Origin: Clostridiales bacterium
GTDB lineage: Bacteria; Bacillota; Clostridia; Christensenellales; DTU072
Direction of reading: 5' to 3'
Assembly: GCA_012841525.1 (NCBI GenBank)
Contig: DUUO01000005.1
Span: 64,104-128,103 of the forward strand
Length of the DNA stretch: 64,000 bases
This document shows positions 61,122-64,000 of this stretch, piece after piece. Positions within the stretch are counted from its first letter, which is position 1, and each line of letters starts with the position of its first letter. A program made the translations under genes and the position numbers. Below the pieces are notes generated by a model. It had not been told where the DNA came from, ran no database searches, and saw only the letters and a list, made by a program, of their open reading frames with translations.

Positions 61122-61192
61122 GGTTAAAAAAATTAAAATTGTTAACCAAAACAATGTTTAAATTTAAACAACATTATTATATGAGGAATAAC

Positions 61193-61366
61193 ATGAAACA
61201 AATTAACATTATTGCAAAAAATACATTTGATAAAAACCATAAAATTGGATGTAATGAATGTCAAGCAAGCTGTCAATCTGCTTGTAAAACTAGTTGTACT
61301 GTAGGAAATCAATCTTGTGTTTTTCAAGATGTAGCAGTAAATAAAAAAGAGTCTGACAGGGCTTAA
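61193..61366 (+). CDS. scfA: SCIFF (six-cysteines-in-forty-five) ranthipeptide precursor, 57 aa
   Basis: MKQINIIAKNTFDKNHKIGCNECQASCQSACKTSCTVGNQSC... matches the remembered SCIFF core GCGECQ(T/A)SCQSACKTSCTVGNQ.C. ATG 61193 follows GAGGAA. The longer track ORF (61139) adds an implausible N-terminus. Confidence 0.85.
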   Translation: MKQINIIAKNTFDKNHKIGCNECQASCQSACKTSCTVGNQSCVFQDVAVNKKESDRA

Positions 61367-62727
61367 TGGTTCATTTTTTTACATTTAATCATAATAATAT
61401 TGAATATTATTTTATTTGGGATATTGAAAGTGGCAGCTTATTTAATGTAAGTAATGTCGCTTTTTTATGTGCCAAAAATTTGTATGGAACACTTAGCGAC
61501 CGAGAGTCTGACTTATTTAATAAAACTCCCAAAGATGACATTAAGTTTTTTAGTAATGAATTTAAATTATTAGAACAAGATGGTTGCTTAAATTCTAAAC
61601 AATCTGTAAAAAGTTTTAAAAAAAATTTAAATTATGTTAAAGCCCTTTGTTTACACATATGTCATGATTGCAATTTAAATTGTGATTATTGCTTTGCAGG
61701 TGGTGGAAAATATAATTCTCCAAAAGATTATATGACTTTTGATGTTGGTAAACATGCGATTGATTTTTTGATTGAAAACAGTGGTAACATTAAAAACATT
61801 GAAGTTGATTTTTTTGGTGGAGAACCGTTGATGAACTTTGATGTCGTTAAAAAAATCACCGATTATGCTAAAATCACTGCAAAAAATAGCAATAAAAATA
61901 TTTATTTTACTCTTACAACTAACTGTTTGTTGTTAAACGAAGATAAAGCAAATTACTTAAACGAAGAAATGGATAATGTTGTATTGAGCATTGATGGCAG
62001 AAAAGAAACTCATAATGCAGTCAGACATTCATTAAATAATAAAAATGCATTTGATATTATTTTAAATAATGCTAAATATTTTGTAAAAATACGTGGCAAT
62101 AGAAAATATTATGTAAGAAGTACTTTTACAAATAAAAATTTAGATTTTTCTAACGATGTCGAATTTTTAAGAAAAGAAGGATTTTCGCAAATATCTGTAG
62201 AGCCAGTTGTATTACCAAAAAATCATAAACTTGCAATTCAAGAAAAACATATTGAAAAAATTAATAATGAATATGATAATTTAGCAAATTCGTATATACA
62301 AAAAAGAGAAGAGGGGAATTGGTATAATTTTTTCCATTTTATGATTGATCTAGAAAAAGGTCCTTGCATATCAAAAAGATTAACAGGTTGTGGCGCTGGG
62401 GTTGAATATTTAGCAGTTAGTCCTAGCGGCGATCTTTATCCTTGCCATCAATTCGTTGGTAAAGAAAAATTCAAAATAGGAAATGTTTTTGATGGAATTA
62501 ATAAAAGTGAAATTCGTGAATCATTTGCAAATAATACAGTTTTAATAAAAGAAAATTGTAAAAATTGTCCAGCAAAATATTTTTGTGGTGGTGGTTGCGC
62601 ATCAAATTCTTATAATTTTACTGGTTCAATATCAAATACTTACGATATAGGATGCAAAATGCTTGTTAAACGTTTTGAAAATAGTCTCGCAATTTCTGCA
62701 ATTGAAAAAATTGCATCCAATTCTTAA
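61366..62727 (+). CDS. scfB: SCIFF radical SAM/SPASM thioether-forming maturase
   Basis: CNLNCDYC radical-SAM cluster motif. C-terminal SPASM cysteines (CGAG...YPCHQF, CKNCPAKYFCGGGC). Start overlaps the precursor stop (TAATG). Confidence 0.85.
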   Translation: MVHFFTFNHNNIEYYFIWDIESGSLFNVSNVAFLCAKNLYGTLSDRESDLFNKTPKDDIKFFSNEFKLLEQDGCLNSKQSVKSFKKNLNYVKALCLHICHDCNLNCDYCFAGGGKYNSPKDYMTFDVGKHAIDFLIENSGNIKNIEVDFFGGEPLMNFDVVKKITDYAKITAKNSNKNIYFTLTTNCLLLNEDKANYLNEEMDNVVLSIDGRKETHNAVRHSLNNKNAFDIILNNAKYFVKIRGNRKYYVRSTFTNKNLDFSNDVEFLRKEGFSQISVEPVVLPKNHKLAIQEKHIEKINNEYDNLANSYIQKREEGNWYNFFHFMIDLEKGPCISKRLTGCGAGVEYLAVSPSGDLYPCHQFVGKEKFKIGNVFDGINKSEIRESFANNTVLIKENCKNCPAKYFCGGGCASNSYNFTGSISNTYDIGCKMLVKRFENSLAISAIEKIASNS

Positions 62728-62814
62728 AGCATTATTGTAAATATGTATTTTATATGAAATTTCTATTTTATTCCTTATTTATATATATTATTATAATATA
62801 TTAACATTTAACAA

Positions 62815-62844
62815 TTGACTGCAATCAAGATTTCAATATATAAT
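62815..62844 (+). promoter_or_regulatory. SigmaA-type promoter upstream of secD
   Basis: TTGACT (62815-62820), 18-nt spacer, TATAAT (62839-62844). Confidence 0.4.
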
Positions 62845-62874
62845 GAATTAGATTACATAAGGGAGGCACTTTAA

Positions 62875-64000
62875 GTGAGCAAAAAAAAGCGCCAGTCAAA
62901 AGAATGGGGACAATTCAAGCAGTCCACAGCCACTGTTATTTTAGTTATCATGATATTACTGGTAATTACAGCCATTTTATTTGCTATTCCGCTTAATGGC
63001 AAAGACAGTTTCCAAATAGGAAAAAGTAACTACGATTTTACCTGGGTTTCACATGCAGTTAAATTAGGCCTAGATTTAGAGGGTGGAATGTATGCTTTAT
63101 ATGAAGCAGATTTATCCAAAATTCCATCAAATGAAGAAAAAAGTAATGCTATGGATGGAACTATATCCAATTTACAGGCAATGTTGTTTTCAGAAGGCTA
63201 TACTGAGGCTACAGTTACTAAACAAGGTGAAAATTATATAAGAGTTGAAGTTCCCTCTATAGAAAACACTGAACATTTAATGACTATTATTGGAGAACCT
63301 GCAACTTTAGAATTTAAAGATCCTGAAGGCAAAGTAATCATTGAAGGCAATAAGCATCTTAAAAATGCATCAGAAGCATTACATGAAGGACAATACGTTA
63401 TAAGCTTAGAGTTTAATGATGAAGGAAGAGAACTTTTTGCCAAAGCCACAAAGGAAAACATAGGAAAAACAATAAGCATTTATATTAATGGCAAAGAGAT
63501 TCTTAAACCAACAGTAAATTCTGCAATTACTGAGGGAAGGGCAATTATTACAGGAAATTATGACTATAACACGGCAAAAGATTTAGCAACAAAGATTAAT
63601 GCTGGAACTTTTGCAGTAAAATTAGATGTCATTTCAACAGCAAGCATTTCACCAACTTTAGGGCAAAATGCATTAAAATATGGTTTAATTGCAAGTGCAA
63701 TAGGAATTGCTATTATTATACTATTTTTAATTTTGGTATATAGAGGTTTAGGCCTTGCCGCATCTTTTGCATTAATTATTTATTCGGTTTTAATTGTTTA
63801 TTTCCTCGCAATAGTTCCATGGGTTCAATTAACTCTACCATCAATTGCTGGTGTCATTTTAAGTATAGGTATGGCAGTTGATGCTAATGTGATAATCTTT
63901 GAAAGAATTAAAGAAGAAAAACAATTTGGAAAAATTGGTAAGGGAATATCTACTTCAGTACAATATGGCTTTAATAAATCTTTACCTGCAATTTTAGATG
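62875..64000 (+). CDS. secD: Protein translocase subunit SecD (or SecDF), 3'-truncated by the window edge
   Basis: Absent from the ORF track because no stop is reached. GTG 62875 lies 8 nt after GGGAGG. Translation reads VSKKKRQSKEWGQF...TM helix...KLGLDLEGGMYALYEADL...GEPATLEFKDPEG..., then the TM bundle ...LGQNALKYGLIASAIGIAIIILF... Confidence 0.85.
   Translation, partial: MSKKKRQSKEWGQFKQSTATVILVIMILLVITAILFAIPLNGKDSFQIGKSNYDFTWVSHAVKLGLDLEGGMYALYEADLSKIPSNEEKSNAMDGTISNLQAMLFSEGYTEATVTKQGENYIRVEVPSIENTEHLMTIIGEPATLEFKDPEGKVIIEGNKHLKNASEALHEGQYVISLEFNDEGRELFAKATKENIGKTISIYINGKEILKPTVNSAITEGRAIITGNYDYNTAKDLATKINAGTFAVKLDVISTASISPTLGQNALKYGLIASAIGIAIIILFLILVYRGLGLAASFALIIYSVLIVYFLAIVPWVQLTLPSIAGVILSIGMAVDANVIIFERIKEEKQFGKIGKGISTSVQYGFNKSLPAILD

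Noticed and set aside
61139-61192. A longer N-terminus for the SCIFF precursor (MLTKTMFKFKQHYYMRNN...), and the antisense ORF 61142-61327.
   Set aside because: GAGGAA sits just before ATG 61193, and SCIFF leaders start MK.(I/V).. The antisense ORF merely mirrors the Cys-rich gene.

Overview
All calls rest on reading the supplied ORF translations and the DNA by eye. No database search, HMM or fold calculation was run, and consensus motifs are quoted from memory.

**Overall picture.** This is a strongly AT-rich core-chromosome segment from a low-GC Bacillota (Firmicutes)-type bacterium. It uses the standard code: TGA acts as a stop (for example at the end of dnaJ) and Trp is TGG. Coding density is high and almost every gene lies on the + strand. 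The exceptions are rpsU, one four-gene operon (degV-apbE-nusG_II-Gx) and a tRNA-Leu.

**Housekeeping content, in order:**
- lepA-hemW-hrcA-grpE-dnaK-dnaJ-prmA-mtaB, with a sigmaA-type promoter and a CIRCE operator in front of hrcA
- HIT protein, a fused MacB-type ABC transporter, and rpsU
- dnaG-rpoD-nif3-zinc ribbon-dapL
- lacZ-patatin-EIIC-like transporter
- polA-coaE-dinB
- thyA-folA-icd, an MBL hydrolase and hemZ
- rpsO-pnp
- clpC, hpf, a TIM-barrel sugar-phosphate isomerase and pgi
- ruvCAB-queA-tgt-yajC-[SCIFF peptide + radical-SAM maturase]-secD (running off the 3' end)

RuvC plus a SCIFF pair suggests a Clostridia-like lineage rather than Bacilli or Mollicutes.

**Most unusual region (about 40.8-49.2 kb).** This is the only accessory-looking stretch. 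It sits between the strong pnp terminator and tRNA-Leu(GAG) and holds four genes:
- a 1182-aa surface lipoprotein with Listeria/Bacteroides-type repeats and a BspA-type LRR C-terminus
- a 1006-aa cytoplasmic protein that reads as a fused PurL+PurQ (FGAM synthase) homologue in which every catalytic motif I can recognise has been replaced, so an apparent pseudoenzyme with no other pur genes nearby
- a small membrane protein
- a 395-aa protein I cannot assign

**Other points worth a second look:**
- a second apparent pseudoenzyme, an orphan ABC-ATPase-like protein with Walker A intact but signature, catalytic Glu and H-loop lost, directly upstream of ruvCAB
- a SCIFF precursor with an unusually long C-terminal tail
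- a lacZ/patatin/transporter trio that could be a galactolipid-utilisation module
- several short tandem duplications, at the hrcA promoter, the rpoD 3' end, the pgi 3' end and the 5' end of the PurL-like gene

No CRISPR array, IS element, integrase, prophage or rRNA was seen.
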